NCBI GenBank assembly: GCA_038244615.1
Contig: JBBRTH010000018.1
Location: 10,461 to 74,460, forward strand
Direction: 5' to 3'
DNA: 64,000 nt
Origin: Mycobacteriales bacterium
GTDB taxonomy: Bacteria > Actinomycetota > Actinomycetes > Mycobacteriales > Mycobacteriaceae
A program made the translations under genes and the position numbers. Position 1 is the first letter of the stretch, and each line of letters opens with the position of its first letter. The notes beneath the pieces were generated by a model. That model did no database searches. It was not told the origin of the DNA and saw only the letters and a list, made by a program, of their open reading frames with translations. Shown piece after piece: positions 21,470-34,072 of this stretch.

Positions 21470-21509
21470 GAGTGTTCCTAAAATCTCGTACGGACAGGGA
21501 GAGCTGCGG

Positions 21510-21704
21510 TCAGCCGTTCAGCATCTTGTTCACGCGGCTGGCATCGTTCGCCGCGACGACGGTGCGACCATCGAGACGACGGGTGCGCTTGGTCGCCTTG
21601 TGTTCGAGCAGATGGCGGCGGCCGGCCTTCTGGCGCACGATCTTTCCGGTGCCGGTCTTGCGGAAGCGCTTCGACGCTCCGCTGTGAGTCTTGGCCTTGG
21701 GCAT
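21510..21704 (-). CDS. rpmI: 50S ribosomal protein L35
   Basis: [21 protein letters not shown]. Confidence 0.99.
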   Translation of the reverse strand: MPKAKTHSGASKRFRKTGTGKIVRQKAGRRHLLEHKATKRTRRLDGRTVVAANDASRVNKMLNG

Positions 21705-21733
21705 GAGTCCTCAGTTCTCGTGGTGGATCAGTT

Positions 21734-22363
<630 letters not shown>

Positions 22364-22594
22364 GGGGCCTCCTATGTAGTCTTCGAGGAGTCCACGCCAT
22401 CAGCACCCTGCCCAAAAGAGCAGAGTGGCCCTGCGTATAGCAGGGCCCGATGCCGACCGATCACGACTCGCGTCGCCTGCGTAGAACGCAGAACACACAC
22501 CTGACGGTGTCTGTGACCGGACCGTTGTACCCAGTTGGCCAACGGTGGGAGCGGGACTCCACTTGCTGTCCTGGCGTATGCCGGGACGGTCGCG
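22364..22594 (-). promoter_or_regulatory. long structured 5' leader of the infC-rpmI-rplT operon
   Basis: Five stem-loops (22404-22427, 22427-22447, 22477-22491, 22497-22510, 22521-22546); TAGACT -10-like hexamer at 22601-22606. Confidence 0.6.
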
Positions 22595-22612
22595 CATGAA
22601 AGTCTAGCAGTC

Positions 22613-22975
22613 ATGACCGATGTTCCTGAATCGCTCGACTCGTCGGCGTCGCCGCCCATCCGTGAGCTGGCCGAGATTCCCGCCGTCGAGGTGATCACCA
22701 GGGCGGCCGTGATGCTCATGAGTGCGGCCGCCGAGAAGCTGGGACTGTCCGAGGATGACCCCGACGAGTCTCCGCATCGCGATCTGGATGAGGCACGACG
22801 GCTGATCACGGCACTCGCCGGCCTGGTGAAGGCCTCGGCAGAATATCTGGGACCGCATGCCGGACCGGTCCGCGACGGCTTGAAGCAACTCCAGTTGGCG
22901 TTCCGTGAATCCTCCGCGTTCCCCGACGAACCCGGCCAGGGCCCAGGCGAGAAGTACACCGGGCCGGTCTGGTAG
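22613..22975 (+). CDS. DUF1844-like conserved actinobacterial protein
   Basis: [54 protein letters not shown]; conserved position between infC and lysX. Confidence 0.8.
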   Translation: MTDVPESLDSSASPPIRELAEIPAVEVITRAAVMLMSAAAEKLGLSEDDPDESPHRDLDEARRLITALAGLVKASAEYLGPHAGPVRDGLKQLQLAFRESSAFPDEPGQGPGEKYTGPVW

Positions 22976-23046
22976 CCACGCGCCGCGCGCTCCTCCCGCC
23001 CGCAGTCTCAACCATTTCGCGGCTGGAGCGAATATCCTGGTGGTCT

Positions 23047-26361
<3,315 letters not shown>

Positions 26362-26408
26362 GGGGAAACTAACAGCGTGTTACCAGGAACGGCAGTCACC
26401 ATGTCGGC

Positions 26409-27836
26409 GTGACACTGTGGTCGGCTGCCGGAGACTTTCGGCAACAACACCTCTCGTTGATGCACGGCTGGCTGCCGTTGACGATTCAAGCCGTCACGGT
26501 GGTCGTTGTGTTGGCGGCGATCGGGTGGCGGACACGCCGCTGGCGCCTGGTGTGGCTCCCCGTGGCCGCGATCGTCGGTACCGCCGTGGCAGCGGCGTCC
26601 TACCGGTTCATCTCGTCGCAGGGCATGTCGGACGACCCGGCTCCGAGGTTGCTGTGGGTTTGGCTCGCTGTCACGGGTGGTGCCGCCGTGGTATTGGTCG
26701 CCGGCTGGCGCAACGCCCGCTGGGGGCGCCGGGCAGCATCCTCCGTGGGACTGCCGCTGTGCCTCCTGTGCGCGGCGCTGGCGCTGAATCTGTGGGTCGG
26801 CTACTTCCCCACCGTCCAGACCGCGTGGAACCAACTCACGGAGGGCCCACTGCCCGACCAGACCGACCCGGCGACCGTGATCACGATGCAGGCCAAGCAT
26901 CAGATTCCGGCCAAGGGCGTCGTGGTTCCGGTGAACATCGGTTCCACCGCGTCGGGCTTCAAGCACCGCGGTGAGCTGGTGTACCTCCCGCCCGTCTGGT
27001 TCGCGACGAACCCGGCGCCACATCTGCCGACGTTGATGATGATCGGCGGCGAGTTCAACACCCCCGGCGACTGGCTGCGTGCGGGCAATGCGATCACCTC
27101 GGTCGACGACTTCGCAGCGGCGAACGGAGGCAACGCCCCGGTGCTCGTGTTCGTGGACACCGGCGGCGCGTTCAACAACGACACCGAATGCGTCAACGGT
27201 TCGCGTGGCAACTCCGCTGACCACCTCACCAAGGACGTGGTGCCGTTCATGGAGGCCAACTACGGCGTGAGCACCGACCGGGCGAACTGGGGCCTCGTGG
27301 GCTGGTCGATGGGTGGCACGTGCGCGGTGGACCTGGCGACGATGCATCCGGACATGTTCAGCACGTTCGAGGACATCGCGGGCGATCTGGCGCCCAACTC
27401 CGGATCGAAGCAGCAGACGATCGACCGGTTGTTCGGAGGCAATGCCTCGGCCTACGCGGCCTTCGACCCGACCACCGTGATCACCAAGCACGGTCCCTAC
27501 ACCGGGGTCTCCGGGTGGTTTGACATCAACGGATCCGGTTCGACGAGCGGCGCGACGGTCGTGAACGCGGTCAACGACAACGGCACCGGACTGGGCGGCA
27601 AGGACGCCGCGACGCACGTCAGCGATCAGGCGGCCGCCGCGAACTCATTGTGTGCCCTCGGCGCGACCAATGGCATCACGTGCGCGGTAGTGGTACAGCC
27701 GGGCAGGCACGACTGGCCGTTCGCCGACGGCGCATTCGCCGCCGCGCTGCCCTGGCTGGCGGGCCAGGTCCACACACCGGGAACCCCCGTGCAGGAACTG
27801 CCCGGCCCACCGCCGCTGCTGTCGCACATTCAGTAG
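26409..27836 (+). CDS. membrane-anchored putative esterase (alpha/beta hydrolase, Rv1639c-like)
   Basis: Four N-terminal TM segments, VYLPP.WF, GWSMGG nucleophile elbow, GRHDW. Confidence 0.85.
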   Translation: MTLWSAAGDFRQQHLSLMHGWLPLTIQAVTVVVVLAAIGWRTRRWRLVWLPVAAIVGTAVAAASYRFISSQGMSDDPAPRLLWVWLAVTGGAAVVLVAGWRNARWGRRAASSVGLPLCLLCAALALNLWVGYFPTVQTAWNQLTEGPLPDQTDPATVITMQAKHQIPAKGVVVPVNIGSTASGFKHRGELVYLPPVWFATNPAPHLPTLMMIGGEFNTPGDWLRAGNAITSVDDFAAANGGNAPVLVFVDTGGAFNNDTECVNGSRGNSADHLTKDVVPFMEANYGVSTDRANWGLVGWSMGGTCAVDLATMHPDMFSTFEDIAGDLAPNSGSKQQTIDRLFGGNASAYAAFDPTTVITKHGPYTGVSGWFDINGSGSTSGATVVNAVNDNGTGLGGKDAATHVSDQAAAANSLCALGATNGITCAVVVQPGRHDWPFADGAFAAALPWLAGQVHTPGTPVQELPGPPPLLSHIQ

Positions 27837-28924
27837 TCGGACTCGGCGGCGACGATCTCCGCGAGGAACGCATCGGGCCCGCGATGGGTGAGCCGCGCCC
27901 TGGCGAAGTCGCGAACGCGCTGCCGGAGCGCCGCGGCCTCATGTGAGTCACCGGTGTCGAAGCGCTCGTGGCCGACGGCCACGCTGGTCGTCGACCAGTC
28001 GTGGTCCCACGCCTGGTTCTCGGTCAGCTCCCGACCGTCCTCGCCGACCACCGTGATCGCGGCCGTCCCGCGGGCGTCGAGGACGCCGGAACCGCTCAAC
28101 GGGCCGGAGCGCAGTCGCACGTCGATCCCACCCGCCGGCACCTGGCCGGTCAGCGCGACGCGGACCGTGGCGAACACCGACGAGTCGGCGGCCAGGACGG
28201 ACCAGTCGATCGTGCGTTCCGCCGCATCGAACATCCCCTGCGGCACGGCGACCCAGTCGACCGACCCGACACCACGGGCGATCGCACCCTGAACGCGATC
28301 ACCGTCCACGCCGGCTGCCAGCGCGTAGTCGTCGCGGCGCCCGGGGACTGATCCGACGGGTGTTTCGGACGGTTCGGCCGACCAGGCGCCGACCTCGTCA
28401 GCAAGCTCGGCGCAGGCCAGCACCATCTCGACGACGCGAGGATCACCACCCAAATCGTATGCGCGCAGGGCCTTCTGGTGGGGTGCGAGCAGCCCATCGA
28501 CGTCGGAGTCCAACGTGTCTTCGGTGAAGAATTCCTGCGCCGCGCTGACGAGAACCGCCAACTGGCCGTCGAGCAACGCGCGGTCCAGACATGCGATCCC
28601 GTCCCGGCTGCTCTCCGGCCACCACCTGCGCAGCCAGTGCCCGATGGCAAGTCGCCGCAACGGCTCCAACGCTTCGGGCAGCAGGTCGACGTCGGCTGGT
28701 TCAACTCCCGACACGATCGCGGCGTGACCCGTCGGCCCCACGACGCGCCAAAACCAGTCGGCGGCAACCACGTCGGTGATCGTCACCCTGGTCGCCGCCA
28801 CGCCGCCCGGATCATCGACAGTCCACTGCAGAACCGCACCGCTGACTTCGAGCACTGCCACCGCGGGCACAGCGGAGACGGACGGCCCCACGACCCAGAA
28901 ACCGGACTCCGCCACGACCTTCAC
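27830..28924 (-). CDS. hypothetical protein, CHAT-locus gene 4 (candidate substrate/anti-sigma)
   Basis: 364-aa ORF with normal GC3 usage; GTGA overlap with the upstream gene; no family recognised. Confidence 0.8.
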   Translation of the reverse strand: MKVVAESGFWVVGPSVSAVPAVAVLEVSGAVLQWTVDDPGGVAATRVTITDVVAADWFWRVVGPTGHAAIVSGVEPADVDLLPEALEPLRRLAIGHWLRRWWPESSRDGIACLDRALLDGQLAVLVSAAQEFFTEDTLDSDVDGLLAPHQKALRAYDLGGDPRVVEMVLACAELADEVGAWSAEPSETPVGSVPGRRDDYALAAGVDGDRVQGAIARGVGSVDWVAVPQGMFDAAERTIDWSVLAADSSVFATVRVALTGQVPAGGIDVRLRSGPLSGSGVLDARGTAAITVVGEDGRELTENQAWDHDWSTTSVAVGHERFDTGDSHEAAALRQRVRDFARARLTHRGPDAFLAEIVAAESDY

Positions 28925-30270
28925 CGGGCCACCTCGTACTCCTGCAGTTCCAACATCGACTTGATGCGTTGGCGGTGGTCGAGACTGACCGAACGCGCGA
29001 CCCCCTCGAGCAGGGCCCGCAAGTCGTCGACGTCGTCGCAGGGCTCCTGCCAGACGTCGCGTCCGTGCAGGCGGGCCCACAGCCTCCTGAGATACGGCCT
29101 CGAGAAGATCGACAGATCGTCGATCACCTGTCGCTGACGGGGATGAATCGGTCCGCCGTCAACGAGGTAGCGACGCGCGTGCAGGACGTAGGCCTCCTTG
29201 CACAGCCTCGCCTGGATGGCGCTCGCCAACGCGTAGCGGGTAGGGGTGTCATTGCTGAACGGATGGAGATCGACCGCGACCTCGATGCCCGCGATCAGGG
29301 TTGCCTGCTTGTCCTCGGCCAGCAACCCCCAGGGAGCACACGCCCGATCGACCTCCTCGGCGCACAGCAGCGGAATGTCGGGAAGTTCGTCGCGGTCCAA
29401 TGCTCGACGCAACGTCGCCCTGACCCTGTCCGCGACGCTGCGATTCAACGGCAGATCCCCTTCTGATCCCCACAGCACGGGCGGCGGCGGTTGCGGGGCA
29501 ACGGAGCTCAGTCCGATGTCGACGATCGACCAGGGTAATTCGGCGACGTCGACCCGAGCCTTCGCGCCGAAGTTGTACGGCGTCGCATCGGCGATCAGCA
29601 CCGACCACACCCGTTGCCTGGCCATCTCGGCGTTGTGCCCGCCTGCGGCACCGAGCACGGTCGTCAGGCCGGCGAGAAACGGCCCTGCGATGGTGTCTTC
29701 CGGCCGCACGTCGCGCCAGCTGCGCTCGAGTTGGCGGGACAGCTGCGCCACCACCTCCTCACCGTCCACGTAGCGGTTGAGCACCTCGATACCGGTCCGG
29801 TCGCGGTCGTCGTGCACTCCGCGCAGTACCGACTCGGCGGTCACGCGATCGTCGGCAGCCGGTGCCCCTCGGGTTACCGCGAGCTCGAAACACACTGGGA
29901 AGTAAAGTTCTTGGGCGTTGCCGGCCGTGATGCGCAGTCTGCGGCGTTCGAGCTTCAGAACCGCGAACCATGCAGCGGTAGAGCGCAACTGGGATGCCTG
30001 ATCGAGAATCAGGTTCCGCATCGACGCTCCCGTCTCGGGTGTGACTACGGGTGCCGAGTACTGCGGATTGGCGCGGAGGCGAAACACCAACGGGTCGAGG
30101 ATCCGCTTGACGGTACGTCTCAGCGGAGCGCCGTCGGTGCCACTGAGGACCTCCACACCCGGTCCGATCGCGCGCCATGCCTCGTCGATCGCCACGCGTC
30201 GCGGCAACACGACACCCTCTCGGGTGGCGCGGGTGGCGGCGTCGGCCACCAGGCGACGGGCCGTGGTCAT
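28921..30270 (-). CDS. hypothetical protein with a C-terminal sigma-70 region-2-like segment, CHAT-locus gene 3
   Basis: 449-aa ORF; TATCCT 6 nt before the ATG (leaderless); C-terminal LHARRYL..YLRRLWARL..LRALLEGVARSVSLDH. Confidence 0.8.
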   Translation of the reverse strand: MTTARRLVADAATRATREGVVLPRRVAIDEAWRAIGPGVEVLSGTDGAPLRRTVKRILDPLVFRLRANPQYSAPVVTPETGASMRNLILDQASQLRSTAAWFAVLKLERRRLRITAGNAQELYFPVCFELAVTRGAPAADDRVTAESVLRGVHDDRDRTGIEVLNRYVDGEEVVAQLSRQLERSWRDVRPEDTIAGPFLAGLTTVLGAAGGHNAEMARQRVWSVLIADATPYNFGAKARVDVAELPWSIVDIGLSSVAPQPPPPVLWGSEGDLPLNRSVADRVRATLRRALDRDELPDIPLLCAEEVDRACAPWGLLAEDKQATLIAGIEVAVDLHPFSNDTPTRYALASAIQARLCKEAYVLHARRYLVDGGPIHPRQRQVIDDLSIFSRPYLRRLWARLHGRDVWQEPCDDVDDLRALLEGVARSVSLDHRQRIKSMLELQEYEVAR

Positions 30271-30353
30271 CTGCTCAGGATAGGCCGAACCCCGTCAAAC
30301 CCCGCGCCGGAAAGTTGGGTTCGGTAGCAGTCGCACAGACGGACCCTGGTGAC

Positions 30354-30998
30354 ATGTCCGACGTCCTGATGACCGCCGTTGTGTTCCTGCTCTCGGCCGC
30401 GATCGGTGGAATTCTGTGTGCGCACCTGTCGCGCGCCACCCGCGCACCGTCCGAACTCCTCCCCGCCAGACAACCGACCGGGGTCGGCATCGGCACCGTG
30501 CGCGCCGTTGACGGACTCATCACCGTCGACGTGGAGAGCATCTCCGGCCAGCACTTCGTCGGCCGGCTGCGTCGACATGCCGACGAAGCGCCGCTCGGCG
30601 ACTTGCGGCCAGGCGTCCTGCTGTTGGTTACCTTCGATCCGTCTGAACGAGAACGACTTTCGCTCGCCGATGACATGTCGGCGGTACGGACGGCGTTCGA
30701 CCAGATGCTCGTTCGCAAGGGTCTGGTGACACCTCCGCAGATCGAGCTGATCAGGAATGGCACCAGGTCCCGCGGCGTCGTGACCGCGATGAGGACGACC
30801 GGTGCCGCTCGCGAGGATTACCGAGAGGTCGAACTCGACCTCATGGTCCGCCGAGCGGCGGGCGGGCAGTTTCCCGCCCACGAGACCGCACTGGTACCGG
30901 AGTCGGCACTGGCCAAGGTCTCGCCGGGCTCCGTGGTCGACGCCTACTACTGCAGCGGTGACGAATCCTCGGTCGCGGTCTCCGTACCGCCCAGCTGA
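30354..30998 (+). CDS. membrane-anchored hypothetical protein with two small beta-rich repeats
   Basis: N-terminal hydrophobic helix VLMTAVVFLLSAAIGGILCA, then two G.V....V.V..G..F..........L.PG..V...DP-type units. Confidence 0.75.
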   Translation: MSDVLMTAVVFLLSAAIGGILCAHLSRATRAPSELLPARQPTGVGIGTVRAVDGLITVDVESISGQHFVGRLRRHADEAPLGDLRPGVLLLVTFDPSERERLSLADDMSAVRTAFDQMLVRKGLVTPPQIELIRNGTRSRGVVTAMRTTGAAREDYREVELDLMVRRAAGGQFPAHETALVPESALAKVSPGSVVDAYYCSGDESSVAVSVPPS

Positions 30999-31002
30999 CT
31001 GA

Positions 31003-32250
31003 TCAGCGCGCGCCGTCGACCGCGAACGTGACGAGCGCCGCCCAGTACAACGGGCTTGCGGTCACGTCGCCGGAACGCCACTCTCGCATGCGATCCCGCT
31101 GCCATCGATTCACCGCGCGGCCACCCTCGTCGTCGTCGTGAGCATCGTCTACCGCGACGACGAGGTCGGCCATGGGATCGGCGGTGCCGCCGGTGAACTG
31201 CCGGTACCCTGCCGTCGTCGGCAGGGACCACAGCGTGGCCGTCACCAACTGCGCACCGCACAGGACCATCGCCGCGACCAAACCCGTCGCCTCGTCGAAC
31301 CGGTAGTCGCCGCCGGACGCGCACGCGATCAGCGCGACCCGGGGCGGCAGCGGCATTCGGCGGGACATGATGGCCGCCGCGGTGAGCGGACCCTCCTCCG
31401 CCAGATGCAGCGCCGCTTGGTCCGCGCGGCCGGACTGGTCCTCGGCGGCGCTGGCGTGACCGACGTAGAGCAGGCGTCGAGGCTCCTCGACCAACATCGT
31501 GGCGAACCACTCCCGGTCGGCGTCCGTGCGGCGGAACAGTTCGGTCGTCGCGGACACCCTTGGCAGGACCTGCTGCGTGGCGACGTCCTCGGCGAAGTGC
31601 CGAGCCAAGCGCGTTTCCCGAGACGGTCGACCGAGGACCGACCCCAGTGCCGAGTCGGCGCGCTGCCCTGGCACCCGTGGGTCGAGGATCAGCAGGGGCA
31701 AGCGGTGGCGACGCTCGGCCCATGCCGTGCGCGGACGCGGCGCGTTGACGATGTTCGGCGGGATGGCCATCAGCACGTCGACCAGCTCCACCAGTCGGTA
31801 GGCCTCCCCCTCGGAGTCGGCGGGCAGCGCGAGTAGGCCCCACGGCACGCGCCCCAATCTGGCACTGGGCGAGATGAAGAGCACTGCACGTGGCGTGGAA
31901 GCGCGTTCCTCTAGCAGGCGCCAGGCCGCATCGGAGAGGAGTGCCGCCCCGAGACCTCGCGCGAGCGCCAGTTCGGTGTCCGGAGCGGCGAAGGGTCCGG
32001 CCGTCAGCGCCCTGGCCACGGCTTCGGCCACGGACTCCCCCGCCGATGGCTCCGGAAGCGCGCGGGCCAGGTCGTCGAGAACCTCGCGAGTGTGCATCGC
32101 CTGAACGACCCAGGTGACCGTTCGAGACGGATCCCCGACCACCCGCAGACTGGCGTAGGTGGCCACCCCGACGTCTGCGAACCGCAGGACCAGGGCGGGC
32201 GTCTCCGGTGGGCTGGAGCGCAGCGACCCGGGAAGCGTGTTCAGGGCCAC
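31003..32250 (-). CDS. CHAT domain (caspase-like, HetF family) cysteine protease
   Basis: LFISPSARLGRVPWGLL, LLYVGHA (catalytic His), ALIACASG (catalytic Cys), GLVAAMVLCGAQLVTATLWSL, PLYWAAL; GTG start overlaps the upstream stop. Confidence 0.92.
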   Translation of the reverse strand: MALNTLPGSLRSSPPETPALVLRFADVGVATYASLRVVGDPSRTVTWVVQAMHTREVLDDLARALPEPSAGESVAEAVARALTAGPFAAPDTELALARGLGAALLSDAAWRLLEERASTPRAVLFISPSARLGRVPWGLLALPADSEGEAYRLVELVDVLMAIPPNIVNAPRPRTAWAERRHRLPLLILDPRVPGQRADSALGSVLGRPSRETRLARHFAEDVATQQVLPRVSATTELFRRTDADREWFATMLVEEPRRLLYVGHASAAEDQSGRADQAALHLAEEGPLTAAAIMSRRMPLPPRVALIACASGGDYRFDEATGLVAAMVLCGAQLVTATLWSLPTTAGYRQFTGGTADPMADLVVAVDDAHDDDEGGRAVNRWQRDRMREWRSGDVTASPLYWAALVTFAVDGAR

Positions 32251-33974
32251 GTCTCCCACACCGATTCGGCGGCGGTGATGCACTGGCCGTACCGCTGCAG
32301 CGCCAACTCTCGATAGTGATCCAGCACCGGCCCCGTGGTCGGGTCCATGCGCAACGGAGGCAGGGGGCCCAACCGCGTGAGCCCGGTGCCGTCGGTGATC
32401 GGCGGTCCCGCGGCCACCAGGGCCAGCTCGTCGACATCGGTCATCGGAGCGGCCGCCGTGGAGACACTCGACCACTCCATCGCCGCGGCGTCTGCGTGCT
32501 CCGCACTGAACGTCCCTCGCGCACTGTGGTATTCGACCAACTGGCTGACGAGATCTGAGTTCTCCCAATCCGATGCGACGGCAAAGGCACCGGCCAGCAA
32601 CGGCGCCGACACACACGTCGCCCACTGCGCCCGCGCCTCCGCGTCGGCAACCGAGTACCGCACCGAATCGACGGCCAGGGACGCGGGGACCTTGAGTTCC
32701 GCCGCCCGCTCCAGCTTCTCCATCGCCGCGCGATGGTGCGCCGTGCCCGGTTCCGTCCCGGAAATCACACCCGAGCTCTCGCGGTACCTGGCCTCGGCGG
32801 CGTCCCAATCCTCGTTCGGGCGGCCTGCGCCGTCGAAGCCCAAGTCGGCGAGCGCCTCGGCCCGCCATACGTTGCCGAGGTGGTCGTCGAGCCTGGCGTA
32901 GGCCAACCAGCTGCTGCGGGGCGAGGAATCGAGGCACGCGCGCGCCTGCGCGACCATGTCGACGGCTTCGGCGTAACGGCCACGAAAGATGGCGATCCAG
33001 CTGCGCTGCAGCAGAATCCGGTGGATGTGCAACGGCTTTCCGAGCTCGCGCCAGTGACGCTCGGCGTTCTCCCAGCACTCGTCGGCGACCTTGAGTCCAC
33101 CGGCAGACATCCTGGTCAGCCCGAAGAACAGCCAGCACCGGGAGACGTCGTTGGCGCGGGCATACTTGGCGATCACCTGATAGGCCTCGTACATCCGCGC
33201 TTCAGTGGTCACCCGGTCGCCGGCGGACCAGCTCGCGGCCCCGCGTTCCAATTGCGCTCGTGCCGTTGCCAGCTCCCATCCGCGCGCCTCGGCCCGGGCC
33301 TCGGCACGTCGCAGCCAGGGTGCGGCCTGGTGGAGCCTGCCGGTCTCGATGCAAAACCTGGCGTACCCGATGCTGCCGAGCACCCGCAGATTGTCGGCCG
33401 ACTCACCGCTGCCCGAAGACGTCTCGATGTGCTGAATCACGCTGTCCCACAACGATACGGACCGCACATGTAGATCGTCGTCACACAAACCCTCCGCGCA
33501 GACGATCCGCGCGTAGGTCAACAGATAGGCATGCTCCTCGGCGAGATCGGCGAATTCGTCGTCACCGTCGTCCAGCGCGCCGAGCGCGACCGCCGCCCCC
33601 TCGTGGTCGCCGATGGCAGCGGCGAGGCCCGTCTCCAGAAAACCTGCCCGGCGCCCGTACCTGCGAATCAGGTGGCGCACTTCGGCGGTCGTCATGGTCG
33701 ACTTCTCGACCACGTCCGGTGTCGCGGTGCCCGCCAGAATCGACGCGTAGACGGCGAGGCAGTCTCGGATGCGACGAGCACCCTCGCGCACCCCTTCGTA
33801 CGCCGTCCTGACCAGGTACAGCTCACCGAGCTGGGCCAACGCCTCGAGCATCCAATCGTCGCGATCGGCCGCCTCGATCTGCGGCATCAGAGACAGCAAC
33901 AGCTCCTTGGCCGCCGTCTCGTCGGAGGCCAAGGCCAGGTGGCGGGCCCGCTCCAGCTCCCCGGGGATCGACAC
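32241..33974 (-). CDS. alpha-helical repeat (TPR-like) protein, CHAT-locus gene 1
   Basis: Repeated helical hairpins (ALAQLGELYL, LGSIGYARFCIETGRLHQAAPWLRRA, RGRYAEAVDMVAQARACL); TATGAT 6 nt before the GTG (leaderless). Confidence 0.8.
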   Translation of the reverse strand: MSIPGELERARHLALASDETAAKELLLSLMPQIEAADRDDWMLEALAQLGELYLVRTAYEGVREGARRIRDCLAVYASILAGTATPDVVEKSTMTTAEVRHLIRRYGRRAGFLETGLAAAIGDHEGAAVALGALDDGDDEFADLAEEHAYLLTYARIVCAEGLCDDDLHVRSVSLWDSVIQHIETSSGSGESADNLRVLGSIGYARFCIETGRLHQAAPWLRRAEARAEARGWELATARAQLERGAASWSAGDRVTTEARMYEAYQVIAKYARANDVSRCWLFFGLTRMSAGGLKVADECWENAERHWRELGKPLHIHRILLQRSWIAIFRGRYAEAVDMVAQARACLDSSPRSSWLAYARLDDHLGNVWRAEALADLGFDGAGRPNEDWDAAEARYRESSGVISGTEPGTAHHRAAMEKLERAAELKVPASLAVDSVRYSVADAEARAQWATCVSAPLLAGAFAVASDWENSDLVSQLVEYHSARGTFSAEHADAAAMEWSSVSTAAAPMTDVDELALVAAGPPITDGTGLTRLGPLPPLRMDPTTGPVLDHYRELALQRYGQCITAAESVWETWP

Positions 33975-34027
33975 GGCTGCATCATAAGTCCGCGCGGAGC
34001 ATTGGCGTAGCTCCCCGCGGGTGCGAA

Positions 34028-34058
34028 GGCGGCGGACGTGCCAGGCACGTCCACCGCC
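34028..34058. terminator. GC-rich hairpin downstream of lpqH-like gene
   Basis: ggcggcggacgtgc-cag-gcacgtccaccgcc, one mismatch; no long U tract. Confidence 0.5.
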
Positions 34059-34072
34059 CGCGGGATGACCCG

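Noticed and set aside
30267-30881. Minus-strand 204-aa ORF that would make the CHAT locus one continuous operon
   Set aside because: Composition is shadow-like; the plus-strand ORF has a TM helix, typical codon usage and an internal repeat
31003-33138. 711-aa CHAT ORF as listed in the track
   Set aside because: The first 296 codons overlap the real TPR-like gene and read as shadow sequence; the real start is near 32250
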